Positions 47,204 through 57,124 of a DNA stretch of 64,000 nt are shown here, one piece after another. A model generated the notes under the pieces. The model did no database searches. It saw nothing but the letters and a program-made list of their open reading frames with translations, and was not told the DNA's origin. The position numbers were made by a program, and so were the translations under genes. The stretch is from Candidatus Adlerbacteria bacterium (GTDB lineage Bacteria > Patescibacteriota > Minisyncoccia > Phycocordibacterales > SBAW01): the NCBI GenBank assembly GCA_029288895.1, contig JARIGK010000004.1, forward strand, positions 175,866-239,865. The letters run 5' to 3'. Position 1 is the stretch's first letter, and every line of letters starts with the position of its first letter.

Positions 47204-47935
47204 ATGATTGCAGCGATGCTACGAGAGCTTAAACGCTTCTACAAAAAAGAGGGTAGATCACATCTTCCTTGGAGGAAGACCAAAGACCCGTACAAAATTT
47301 TGGTGTCAGAGTTGATGCTGCAGCAGACGCAAGTCGCTCGTGTCATACCGAAATACGAGCGTTTCATACAGGTGTTCCCGAGTTTCGCAGCACTCGCCAA
47401 AGCACCGCTTTCAAACGTACTGCTCGAGTGGCAAGGGTTGGGCTACAACCGCCGCGCAAAATTTTTGCATGAGACAGCAAAGATAATCACAAAAGAGTTT
47501 AAAGGTAAATTCCCAAACACAGCAGAAGAGATAGAAGAACTTCCCGGGATTGGGCATTACACGGCGGGCGCTATTTCTGCCTTCGCCTTTAACAAACCAG
47601 AAGTATTTATCGAAACCAATATCCGTACCGTCTTTACCCATCACTATTTTGAGCAAGGTCCGACCTTGCTCACTAAGAAAATAGACGATAAAGAGTTACT
47701 GCCATTGATAGAGCGGGATTTGAAGAAATCGAAGATGGAGCCAAGGGATTTCTATGCAGCATTGATGGACTACGGCTCATACCTCAAAGCCTCCGGCATC
47801 CGCATCAATAACAAAAGCAAACACTACACCAAGCAGTCCAAGTTCGAAGGCTCTACACGCCAAAAGCGCGCAGCAGCACTGCGTGATGCTCTTAAGAAAG
47901 GCGTGTCTGAGAAAGACTTACTGAAATTCTTATAG
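47204..47935 (+). CDS. HhH-GPD base-excision DNA glycosylase (MutY/EndoIII-like, no Fe-S cluster motif seen)
   Basis: HhH motif ELPGIGHYTAGAISAF and the catalytic Asp region; the C-x6-C-x2-C-x5-C cluster is absent. Confidence 0.65.
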   Translation: MIAAMLRELKRFYKKEGRSHLPWRKTKDPYKILVSELMLQQTQVARVIPKYERFIQVFPSFAALAKAPLSNVLLEWQGLGYNRRAKFLHETAKIITKEFKGKFPNTAEEIEELPGIGHYTAGAISAFAFNKPEVFIETNIRTVFTHHYFEQGPTLLTKKIDDKELLPLIERDLKKSKMEPRDFYAALMDYGSYLKASGIRINNKSKHYTKQSKFEGSTRQKRAAALRDALKKGVSEKDLLKFL

Positions 47936-47986
47936 TAAAAAGAAAATGGCCGCCGACCCGGAGAGGGAGGGCGGCCACTGGTCGTT

Positions 47987-48442
47987 TTAGGCTTCGTCAA
48001 GATAGAAGCCGTGCTCCTGCTGAATCCTAAGATTCAGGCACAGGAGCGTGAGCGCCGCTGTGATGCTCCACTGGACTGCATCCGTGAGAATACCTTCGTA
48101 CGCCAGGCCGATGTAGTAGTACCTGGGCACCGGGCCGAACAGGCTCGTCATGTCCGTTGGCACAAGCAGCCATGACCGGCCGGCAAGTGACACAATGCAG
48201 ATCAGGATGACAGCCTCCAAGGTCGGCGGCCTCATGCCGTACTTCCGCCAGATCGCGATGGCGAGGAGCAGAAACGGCATGACGATCAGGAACTGAATCC
48301 TGTACCCGTCCAGGCCGTCGTCGTTGGCATATGGCAGCAGCGCCCGCCAATACATGATTCCCCAGAAGTAGAACGGGTAGAACCACATCTTGGGGTAGTC
48401 GGCGAAGAGAGGGCGGAATGCCCTCCAATAGTCTCTGAACAT
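47987..48442 (-). CDS. Hypothetical Trp/Tyr-rich membrane protein
   Basis: Shine-Dalgarno GGAGGAGGG upstream; 3-4 TM helices. Confidence 0.5.
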   Translation of the reverse strand: MFRDYWRAFRPLFADYPKMWFYPFYFWGIMYWRALLPYANDDGLDGYRIQFLIVMPFLLLAIAIWRKYGMRPPTLEAVILICIVSLAGRSWLLVPTDMTSLFGPVPRYYYIGLAYEGILTDAVQWSITAALTLLCLNLRIQQEHGFYLDEA

Positions 48443-48512
48443 CCAACCCTCCTCCGGGGAATCCGGTAAGTTGAAGTGAGGATATCATACATTATTTTAC
48501 ATTTTTGTCAAA

Positions 48513-48538
48513 TAAAATAAGCCCTTAAAAGGGCCTAT
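48513..48538 (-). terminator. Weak terminator hairpin downstream of rnj
   Basis: GCCC-ttaaaa-GGGC with T-rich flank on the minus strand. Confidence 0.35.
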
Positions 48539-48562
48539 TTTAGAACATTATTTTTCAGGAAA

Positions 48563-50428
48563 TTAGACGCCTAGCACTACCGGAATCACGATAGGGCGCT
48601 TGTTGGTTTTTTCGAAGAGGAAGCGGGCGACAGCGTCGGTGACGTTGTTTTTGACGTAGTCGAAGTTGACTGGGTTCATGCCGCGAGTCGTATCCTCGAT
48701 GGTCTTCTTGATAAGAAGACGAGTCTGCTGAAGTAGGTCTTGGTTTTCGCGGAGGTAGACGAAGCCACGCGAGATAATGTCTGGCGATTTGCGCAGGCGG
48801 CCGTTCTTTGGGTTGACGGTCGCGATAATGACGAACATACCTTCTTGTGCGAGTACCGAGCGGTCGCGGATAACCACCTCCTGTATGTCGCCAATAGAGA
48901 AGCCGTCAACGAGGCGAAGTGAGTTCGGCGCATGCTCTTTCAAGCGCACGACAGACTGGCCTTCGTCGCGGATTTCGATAACCGTACCATTGTCGGGGAT
49001 GATGACTTCGTCCTCGCGGCGGCCGCAGGCCTTGGCAATTTCGCCATGGGTGCGGAGCATGTAGTGGTAGCCGTGCATCGGCATAAAGAAGCGCGGGTTT
49101 ACGTGCATGTGGATCCAGACGAGTTCGTCGCGGTTTGCGTGGCCCGAGGCATGGATGTCCATCGTCTTGCGGTGGATAATCTTGGCACCCTGGCGCGAGA
49201 TGTTGTCTTTCAATTTTTGCACTGCGCGTTCGTTGCCTGGGATAACAGATGACGAAAGGAGGACAATGTCTGTTGGCTTCAATTTGATGTATTTGTGCGT
49301 CTTCATCGCGACACGCATAAGCGCTGCAAATTCGTCGCCCTGCGCACCCGTGGCCAAGATAAGGATCTTGTTGTCAGGCAAGTGCTCCAACTCTTGTGCG
49401 CTGATGAACGTCTTTTCAGGGACCTTCAACATGCCAAGCTGTTTGACGATATCGATGTTGACCTTCATCGAACGGCCTTCGACAAGCACATGCTTGCCTG
49501 CATTTGCAGCCGTTTCAACAATGTGGATGATGCGCTCGAGCTGCGACGAGAAGGTGCCGATGATAAGGCGGCCTTTGGTCGAGGTAATAACCTCTTCCAT
49601 GTTTTTGCGCACCGTGCGCTCTGGAAGCGAGAAGCCAGGCTCTTCGCAGTTGGTCGAGTCTGCCATGAGCATAAGCACGTTCATGTCTTTAAAGATGGAC
49701 CACTCTTTTTCTTCCTGCTCTGTTGGGACGCCGTTGATGTGGTCGAGCTTCAAGTCGCCGGTTGCAACGATATTGCCGTGCGGCGTTTCGATGATGATGC
49801 CCATCGAGTCGGGGATAGTGTGGGTCACAGAGAAGAAACGAATCTTCAATTTGCCCGCGCGGACGCTCTCGTTCTTTTCTACTTCGTGGATAGTAAGAGG
49901 CTTCAAGTTCGGGAATTCTTCCTGGCGCTTCTTAACCATGATTGAGGTAAGAAGGCGGGTGTAGACAGGCGGGTAACCGATGCGGTCGATAACGTACGGG
50001 ATGCCGCCGATGTGGTCGAGGTGGCCGTGCGTAATAAAGAGGCCACGGATTTTATCGCGGCGCTCTTCCAAGTAGCGCGTGTTCGGCAAGATGTAGTCGA
50101 TGCCTGGCGTATCATCTTCGCGGAATTGGAAACCGCAGTCGATGATAACAATGTCATCGCCGTACTCGACGGCCGTCATGTTGCGACCGATTTCTTCCAC
50201 GCCGCCAAGCGGGATGATGCGGATGTTACCTGGCTCGAGCGGTGGAACTGGCTTTTCGTCCGGGTTGGCAGTGTTTTGCCCCGGTTCGAATTCTTTTATC
50301 TCGCGCACTGGGTGCGGCTGATGAGGCTTAGGACCTTCGCGGCGGAAATCATTCCGGCGCCCACGCCCACCGCGGCCTCCGCGGCCGCGACCTGCGCCAC
50401 CTCTGGGAGCTTTCTTCTTCTCTTCCAT
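48563..50428 (-). CDS. rnj: Ribonuclease J with an N-terminal Arg/Gly-rich extension
   Basis: Metallo-beta-lactamase HxHxDH (ITHGHLDHIGG), beta-CASP and C-terminal domains; first ~45 aa are RGGAGRGRGGRGGRGRRNDFRREG. Confidence 0.9.
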   Translation of the reverse strand: MEEKKKAPRGGAGRGRGGRGGRGRRNDFRREGPKPHQPHPVREIKEFEPGQNTANPDEKPVPPLEPGNIRIIPLGGVEEIGRNMTAVEYGDDIVIIDCGFQFREDDTPGIDYILPNTRYLEERRDKIRGLFITHGHLDHIGGIPYVIDRIGYPPVYTRLLTSIMVKKRQEEFPNLKPLTIHEVEKNESVRAGKLKIRFFSVTHTIPDSMGIIIETPHGNIVATGDLKLDHINGVPTEQEEKEWSIFKDMNVLMLMADSTNCEEPGFSLPERTVRKNMEEVITSTKGRLIIGTFSSQLERIIHIVETAANAGKHVLVEGRSMKVNIDIVKQLGMLKVPEKTFISAQELEHLPDNKILILATGAQGDEFAALMRVAMKTHKYIKLKPTDIVLLSSSVIPGNERAVQKLKDNISRQGAKIIHRKTMDIHASGHANRDELVWIHMHVNPRFFMPMHGYHYMLRTHGEIAKACGRREDEVIIPDNGTVIEIRDEGQSVVRLKEHAPNSLRLVDGFSIGDIQEVVIRDRSVLAQEGMFVIIATVNPKNGRLRKSPDIISRGFVYLRENQDLLQQTRLLIKKTIEDTTRGMNPVNFDYVKNNVTDAVARFLFEKTNKRPIVIPVVLGV

Positions 50429-50484
50429 ATCTGCTGATTAACTAACGTTACTACTTATACGATTAATAATTTGAAAGACTCTTT

Positions 50485-52239
50485 TTAGTGCGCAAACGGG
50501 GGCCATACCTGGTCTGTCTCTTTGTGCCAGCCCCTGATGCTCAAAAATCGGTCGCTTGGAGTTTCGATAAACCCGAGATCTACCCCAGCGAGGTCGTTAG
50601 GTACAATATACACGAAATCGGGCGCATAGAGAAATACGGCAGGGTTGTCTTTGGAAAGCTCGCCAGCAAATTGCTGGTAGAGCGAGAGGCGCTTCTGTTC
50701 GTCGCTGGTCTGGCGCAATGCCTCGAGTGTTTTGTCTGCTGTGGCATTTGCGTACATAGCGATGTTGAGCCCCGGGTCATTGCGCTGGCTCGAATCCCAG
50801 AAGGCAAAGAGGTCGAGCTCGCGGCCGACAACTTCGCCAAACAACAGTGCGTCGTACTTACGCGGGCGGATAACATTTTGTGAGAGGTCGCCTTGGTCGT
50901 AAATTTGAATGTCTACTTTGATACCAACTTTGGCCCAGGTAGTTTTGACATATTCTGCTGCTGCGCGAAGTTCGGGCACATTGCCTGTGGCCAAGCTAAA
51001 TTCAAGCGTTGTAGTTTTTGCGCTCTTGCCCGAGCCGCTCACTTTTTGCATAAAACCATCCGGGCCCATCTTCCACCCGGCGCGCGTAAGCTCGTTTTGC
51101 GCTTTTGCGATTGCTTGGTCTTGTGAGCTTGTTGCCGCACCGATTGTTGTGCCCGAGATAATGCTTGGCGGGACAGGGCCCGACAGTGCAGTGCCGTAGC
51201 CGCCCAACACTTGTGCCACAAGCGCCTGGCGGTCGAGCGAATCGTTGAGTGCTTGGCGCACGGCCCCGTCGCGAAGCACAACGGATTGGTTTTGATTAAA
51301 GAAGACGCCGAAGACACGGTTTAAGGGTGCCTGTTCGACGCGGAAGCCGTTCAAGGTCGACAGTGCCGCAGGTGAGATGCTGCTTGCCGATTCAATCGAG
51401 CCGCCTTTGAGTGCCGTCACTAAATCATCCTCATTTTGGTAAAAGCGGAGCGTGACATGTTCGAGGTAGGGCGCGCCCAATGTGTATTTTGAGAAGCCAT
51501 CAAGCTCGTACGATGAGGGGATGCCAGATGACGTGCGCGAAATCGACGCAATCTTAAATGGCCCTGAACCTACAGGCGAGGTGTTTAAGTCGCTGAAGGG
51601 GAATTCGTCATCGCTGATGTTTTGCCACAAACTCTTCGGGATAATGCCAAGTGTGAGGTTTGCAATAAAGGGTGCGTACGGGGCTTTCAATGTAAATTGC
51701 ACGGTTTCTGGGTCGACTTCTGTGACGACAACGCCGTCCCAGTTTGCGCGCACAGGGCTCTTCAATTGCGGGTCCTGTGTTTTTTGGATGGTAAAGACGA
51801 CGTCGTCGGCAGTCACGTGCGTGCCGTTATGGAAGGTCGCGTCAGGGCGCAGGTGGAAGGTGTACGTGCGGCCGTCGGGAGAGATATCGTAGGATGCCGC
51901 CAAGTCGTCGGTGTAGTCGCCGTCTGGCGTTGCGCGTAAGAGGCCAGAGTACACAAGTGACGAAAGGTCGCGGTCGGCATCAGACACGGCCAACACGGGG
52001 TTTATAAAGCGAGGCGCGCCGACGATACCTTCTGCAAGTGAGCCGCCGTGCGCTGGCACTCGTACGAGCAATGCTGCGTTCAATATATAGACGAGGCCGA
52101 CAACGCTTACGACCAAGAGCCCTGCAAAGAATAAAAAGAGGGCACGACCGCTGGCCGAAAAGGTGTGGTACGTATCTTGCGCGCGGGCAAGTAGAGGGAA
52201 GCGAGGAGTGTTAGTTTGATTGCGCCAAAACGAACGCAT
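50485..52239 (-). CDS. ABC transporter substrate-binding protein, family 5 (oligopeptide/dipeptide-binding-like)
   Basis: ~585 aa from the internal ATG 52239 (MRSFWRNQ...); N-terminal TM anchor then an SBP_bac_5-type fold. The upstream part of the ORF-track reading frame overlaps secG and is rejected. Confidence 0.75.
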   Translation of the reverse strand: MRSFWRNQTNTPRFPLLARAQDTYHTFSASGRALFLFFAGLLVVSVVGLVYILNAALLVRVPAHGGSLAEGIVGAPRFINPVLAVSDADRDLSSLVYSGLLRATPDGDYTDDLAASYDISPDGRTYTFHLRPDATFHNGTHVTADDVVFTIQKTQDPQLKSPVRANWDGVVVTEVDPETVQFTLKAPYAPFIANLTLGIIPKSLWQNISDDEFPFSDLNTSPVGSGPFKIASISRTSSGIPSSYELDGFSKYTLGAPYLEHVTLRFYQNEDDLVTALKGGSIESASSISPAALSTLNGFRVEQAPLNRVFGVFFNQNQSVVLRDGAVRQALNDSLDRQALVAQVLGGYGTALSGPVPPSIISGTTIGAATSSQDQAIAKAQNELTRAGWKMGPDGFMQKVSGSGKSAKTTTLEFSLATGNVPELRAAAEYVKTTWAKVGIKVDIQIYDQGDLSQNVIRPRKYDALLFGEVVGRELDLFAFWDSSQRNDPGLNIAMYANATADKTLEALRQTSDEQKRLSLYQQFAGELSKDNPAVFLYAPDFVYIVPNDLAGVDLGFIETPSDRFLSIRGWHKETDQVWPPFAH

Positions 52240-52273
52240 AAATATAAGTGGCCCATACGGGCCATTGAGTTGC

Positions 52274-52504
52274 TTAGTGGATGACGAGAGCGACGAACGC
52301 TGAGGCAGCGAACAAGATACCCACAATGATGGTTGTACGGAAGAGGTACTTTTCGAGACCGCGGCGTGTGTGGTACGCAGCGCTGAAGTTGTCGGCGCCG
52401 AATGCGCCGCCCAAGGATGCGCCTGTTTGCTGCAACAAGATGCAGACAATAAGCACGACCGAAAGCACTATTTGTATATAGGGCAATGCGCCCGCTATCG
52501 TCAT
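52274..52504 (-). CDS. secG: Preprotein translocase subunit SecG
   Basis: 76 aa, MTIAGALPYIQIVLSVVLIVCILLQQTGASLGGAFG...: 2 TM with a Gly-rich loop typical of SecG. Confidence 0.65.
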   Translation of the reverse strand: MTIAGALPYIQIVLSVVLIVCILLQQTGASLGGAFGADNFSAAYHTRRGLEKYLFRTTIIVGILFAASAFVALVIH

Positions 52505-52545
52505 TAGAAATAGCCTAACACAGCCATATGAGCCCCGCAACCCAT

Positions 52546-52569
52546 GTTTCTTGACCGTTCTTGATCCTT
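52546..52569. promoter_or_regulatory. Inverted repeat TTGATC-N10-GATCAA upstream of groES (no CIRCE present)
   Basis: cTTGATCcttgtttcccGATCAAg, 30 bp upstream of the groES ATG in the secG<>groES divergent region. Confidence 0.3.
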
Positions 52570-52598
52570 GTTTCCCGATCAAGTAAACTTTCTTCACT

Positions 52599-52970
52599 AT
52601 GAAGAAGGCTAAAAAAAGTGTGAAAAAAGCAGTAAAGCCTGCTGCGAAGAAAAAGGCTGTTTTGAAGACTGGTTCTACGAAGAGTGCTCTTGGCCGCCCG
52701 TACGGCGACCGTGTGTTGGTAAAGCCCACACCGATGGAACAGACGACATCGTTTGGCCTTATCATCCCAGACTCGACTAAAGAGAAGCCAGAAACAGGTG
52801 TTGTTGTGGCGGTGGGCGATGGCCGCATTTCGGCAGACGGCAAAGTAATGCCGATGCGCGTGCAGGTTGGCGACACGATTATGTTTTCTAAGTACGGCTA
52901 CGACGAGGTCAAAGTACAGGGCACAGACTATTACTTGATCCGCGAAGAGAGCATCACATACATCTTCTAG
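52599..52970 (+). CDS. groES: Co-chaperonin GroES with a ~30-aa Lys-rich N-terminal extension
   Basis: GDRVLVKP...GLIIPDSTKEKP..GVVVAVGDG...VGDTIMFSKYGYDEVKV...YYLIREESI; preceded by MKKAKKSVKKAVKPAAKKKAVLK. Confidence 0.85.
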   Translation: MKKAKKSVKKAVKPAAKKKAVLKTGSTKSALGRPYGDRVLVKPTPMEQTTSFGLIIPDSTKEKPETGVVVAVGDGRISADGKVMPMRVQVGDTIMFSKYGYDEVKVQGTDYYLIREESITYIF

Positions 52971-52980
52971 TTATTTCTAA

Positions 52981-54642
<1,662 letters not shown>

Positions 54643-54664
54643 CCTATCTTAAAAGGAAGGCAGA

Positions 54665-54692
54665 AATGGGGCTGTACAAAGCCCCATTTTTT
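54665..54692 (+). terminator. Rho-independent terminator
   Basis: AATGGGGCT-gtacaa-AGCCCCATT + TTTT. Confidence 0.75.
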
Positions 54693-54785
54693 ATACCTGC
54701 GCAATATTGACATATAGCTATATAATGTTATTATGTATAACGGAACTCGTGTTTGGGTTCGTAACAGAAAATAGGAGAAGTGAGA

Positions 54786-55241
54786 ATGGCTCGTAGCCAT
54801 CCTGTTGACGTCCATGTCGGCGCTCGTATGCGCCAGCGGCGCTCGCTGCTCGGAATGAGCCAGACCCACCTCGGTAACGCGGTTGGGCTGACATTCCAGC
54901 AGATCCAGAAGTACGAACGCGGCTCCAACCGCATCGGCTCGTCGCGGCTCTTCGAGTTCGCGAAGGTGCTCGATGTGCAGGTCTCGTACTTCTTCGACGA
55001 AATGCCGTCGAACGCGCTTGCCGGCCGGCCCATGTCGGGCCGTGGCCGCAAGCACGGCGAAGAGGCGACTCCGTTCGAACAGGAGAAGGATCCGCTGGTC
55101 AAGCGCGAAACCCTCGAGCTGGTTCGCGCCTACTACAAGATCCGCGAAGGCCGCGTCCGCAAGCGCATCTTCGAAATGGTGAAGGCGGTCGGTGCCGCCA
55201 GCCATGCCGAGGTGCTGGGCGGTCGCAAAGGTCGTCGCTAA
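54786..55241 (+). CDS. XRE-family helix-turn-helix transcriptional regulator
   Basis: HTH_3-like LLGMSQTHLGNAVGLTFQQIQKYERGSNR; Shine-Dalgarno AGGAGAAG before ATG 54786. Confidence 0.6.
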   Translation: MARSHPVDVHVGARMRQRRSLLGMSQTHLGNAVGLTFQQIQKYERGSNRIGSSRLFEFAKVLDVQVSYFFDEMPSNALAGRPMSGRGRKHGEEATPFEQEKDPLVKRETLELVRAYYKIREGRVRKRIFEMVKAVGAASHAEVLGGRKGRR

Positions 55242-55251
55242 ACCAACAATG

Positions 55252-55297
55252 TCCGCGTCGTTCCAACTAGGGGATGACGCGGACTTTCTTTTTTTCA
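55252..55297 (+). terminator. Rho-independent terminator
   Basis: GTCCGCGTC-(16 nt)-GACGCGGAC + TTTCTTTTTTTC. Confidence 0.65.
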
Positions 55298-55350
55298 TGG
55301 AAACTTCTACCTCATCTGCTACGTATATATAGTAGAGGGAGATATGTTCT

Positions 55351-55530
55351 ATGGAAAACAACGATAGTCTTCTGATTATCGAGGCGCGGCGACCGCGAAG
55401 AGTTTCGACAGACGGGACTCTCAAAGTTTCGCCAGATCTCGAGGATAGGCTCGCTAGGCTTCGCGATAGACGAATTGCGCAATGGCGAGGAAAAAATTCT
55501 GAGACCACACCAAGGGCAGCTTCTGAATAG
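55351..55530 (+). CDS. Possible small protein (59 aa, Arg-rich); absent from the ORF track because it is <60 aa
   Basis: Shine-Dalgarno GAGGGAGA upstream; uninterrupted frame; stop codon sits in the loop of a strong terminator (GGCAGC...GCTGCC + T-run, 55515..55549). Confidence 0.25.
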   Translation: MENNDSLLIIEARRPRRVSTDGTLKVSPDLEDRLARLRDRRIAQWRGKNSETTPRAASE

Positions 55531-55570
55531 AGGCTGCCTTTTTCTTTTTGTGCTATATTCTGCATGCATT

Positions 55571-55660
55571 GGAGGCGTCGCATAGTGGTCTAGTGCACCG
55601 CCTTGGAAAGGCGGCATCGGGGAAACCTGATCGAGAGTTCGAATCTCTCCGCCTCCGCCA
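55571..55660 (+). tRNA. tRNA-Ser (GGA), long variable arm, CCA encoded
   Basis: GGAGGCG/CGCCTCC acceptor, anticodon stem CCGCC/GGCGG with loop TTGGAAA, variable arm ~18 nt, T-arm GAGAGTTCGAATCTCTC. Confidence 0.8.
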
Positions 55661-55687
55661 CGATGTGCTGTTTAACCAATTGAACAG

Positions 55688-56143
55688 ATGGGGCGTACTA
55701 CAATAGTATTTATGGCCACTATCAACGTACATATCAACTTTAATGGAAATGCAGAAGAAGCATTCAATTTTTATAAGTCAGTATTTGGCGGAGAATTTTC
55801 AAAAATTAGCCGTTTCAAGGATTTAGCAAGTGCTGACTTTACACCGGCACCGGAGGAAGGGAATAAAATAATGGTTATCGAGTTGCCTATTGGTAACAAT
55901 ATATTGAGCGCAAACGATGTCCCACAGCATTTGGGGCGTACAAACGAACACGAAAACAGAAGCAAGATTGCAGTTGCTGCAGAGAGCCGCGAAGAAGCAG
56001 AAACGCTATTCAACGGGCTTTCAGTTGGGGGAGAAGTAGAAATGCCGCTTGGCGATAGCCCTTGGGGGACCTACTTCGCAATGTTCCGAGATAGGTACGG
56101 CATCGAATGGATGATTGAGTTTGATTCAAAAAATATAGATTAA
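55688..56143 (+). CDS. VOC-family protein (PhnB / glyoxalase-like)
   Basis: INVHINFNGNAEEAFNFYKSVFGG...PWGTYFAMFRDRYGIEWMI typical of PhnB-like VOC proteins; strongly AT-rich. Confidence 0.6.
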   Translation: MGRTTIVFMATINVHINFNGNAEEAFNFYKSVFGGEFSKISRFKDLASADFTPAPEEGNKIMVIELPIGNNILSANDVPQHLGRTNEHENRSKIAVAAESREEAETLFNGLSVGGEVEMPLGDSPWGTYFAMFRDRYGIEWMIEFDSKNID

Positions 56144-56201
56144 GGATAGAGCGTGCGTGTGTGCGAGGCGAGGTACAATACCTTGAATAAGGACGAGAGG
56201 T

Positions 56202-57089
56202 ATGAAGAAGCACGCTCGCGCAAAGAAAAAAATACTAAGCACTTCGCGTGTGTGGATGATTTTTGCTGCCGTGGCCACCCTTGCCACCCTTTCGCTCTAT
56301 GTGGTTGTGCAGGGAGCCCGCAGCAAAGAAGTCGTCTCGGATATACCGCCCGAAATTGAATCGGCAACACTAATGGAGGCGCTCTTTCAAATGCGGCCTG
56401 AAGAATTGCCAACGAAAGACTCAGTTAAAATCCCGATTTTTATTTACCACAGCATCCGCCCCATCGACCCAAACGATTCGAGCGCGGTAAAAACGTACGA
56501 AATCAGCCCCGAACTTTTTGAAGAGCAATTGAAATACCTCCGCGATAATGGCTACACCACAGTTTCGCTCGACGACGTTGTAGACGATATCAAGATCCAT
56601 TCAACAGGAAGTGTCAAAAAACCCGTTGTGCTCACATTCGACGACGGATGGGAAAATCAATACAAATACGCCTTTCCGCTGCTTAAGAAATATCACATGA
56701 CGGGAACGTTCTACGTGTATACAAACCCAATTAGCAAAGTCGATCACTGGCTTACCTGGGATCAGCTCAAAGAAATGCAAGCCGCAGGTATGACGATTGA
56801 AGACCATACACTTTCGCACCCGCTTTTTAAACACACGTCAACCGACCAGATCAAAACCGAAGTCACCCAAAGTAAAAAAATATTGGAACAACATCTGGGA
56901 ACCCACGTCGACCATTTTGCATCTCCGTACGGATACTGGACAGAAAGTATTGCGGATATTGTGCGCGGGGCAGGGTATGCAACCTACCGCACGACATATA
57001 AAGGTGTGTACCAAGACAACCCGATGCGCTTGCGCGGCATACTTGTCACAAACGACCTTAATTATTTTATTGAAATGCTCAATCGCTAG
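56202..57089 (+). CDS. Polysaccharide deacetylase (CE4, NodB homology domain)
   Basis: N-terminal TM, TFDDGWENQY (motif 1), HTLSHP (His motif); 295 aa. Confidence 0.8.
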   Translation: MKKHARAKKKILSTSRVWMIFAAVATLATLSLYVVVQGARSKEVVSDIPPEIESATLMEALFQMRPEELPTKDSVKIPIFIYHSIRPIDPNDSSAVKTYEISPELFEEQLKYLRDNGYTTVSLDDVVDDIKIHSTGSVKKPVVLTFDDGWENQYKYAFPLLKKYHMTGTFYVYTNPISKVDHWLTWDQLKEMQAAGMTIEDHTLSHPLFKHTSTDQIKTEVTQSKKILEQHLGTHVDHFASPYGYWTESIADIVRGAGYATYRTTYKGVYQDNPMRLRGILVTNDLNYFIEMLNR

Positions 57090-57124
57090 CTACCCTAGGT
57101 GGTAGTATCAGGGTACAGACTCAC

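Noticed and set aside
52505-52598. CIRCE heat-shock element upstream of groES
   Set aside because: TTAGCACTC-N9-GAGTGCTAA not present in the groES upstream region.
54707-54726. TTGACA ... TATAAT promoter-like hexamers upstream of the XRE regulator
   Set aside because: Both hexamers are perfect but only 8 bp apart, far from the 16-18-bp spacing needed; not called as a promoter.
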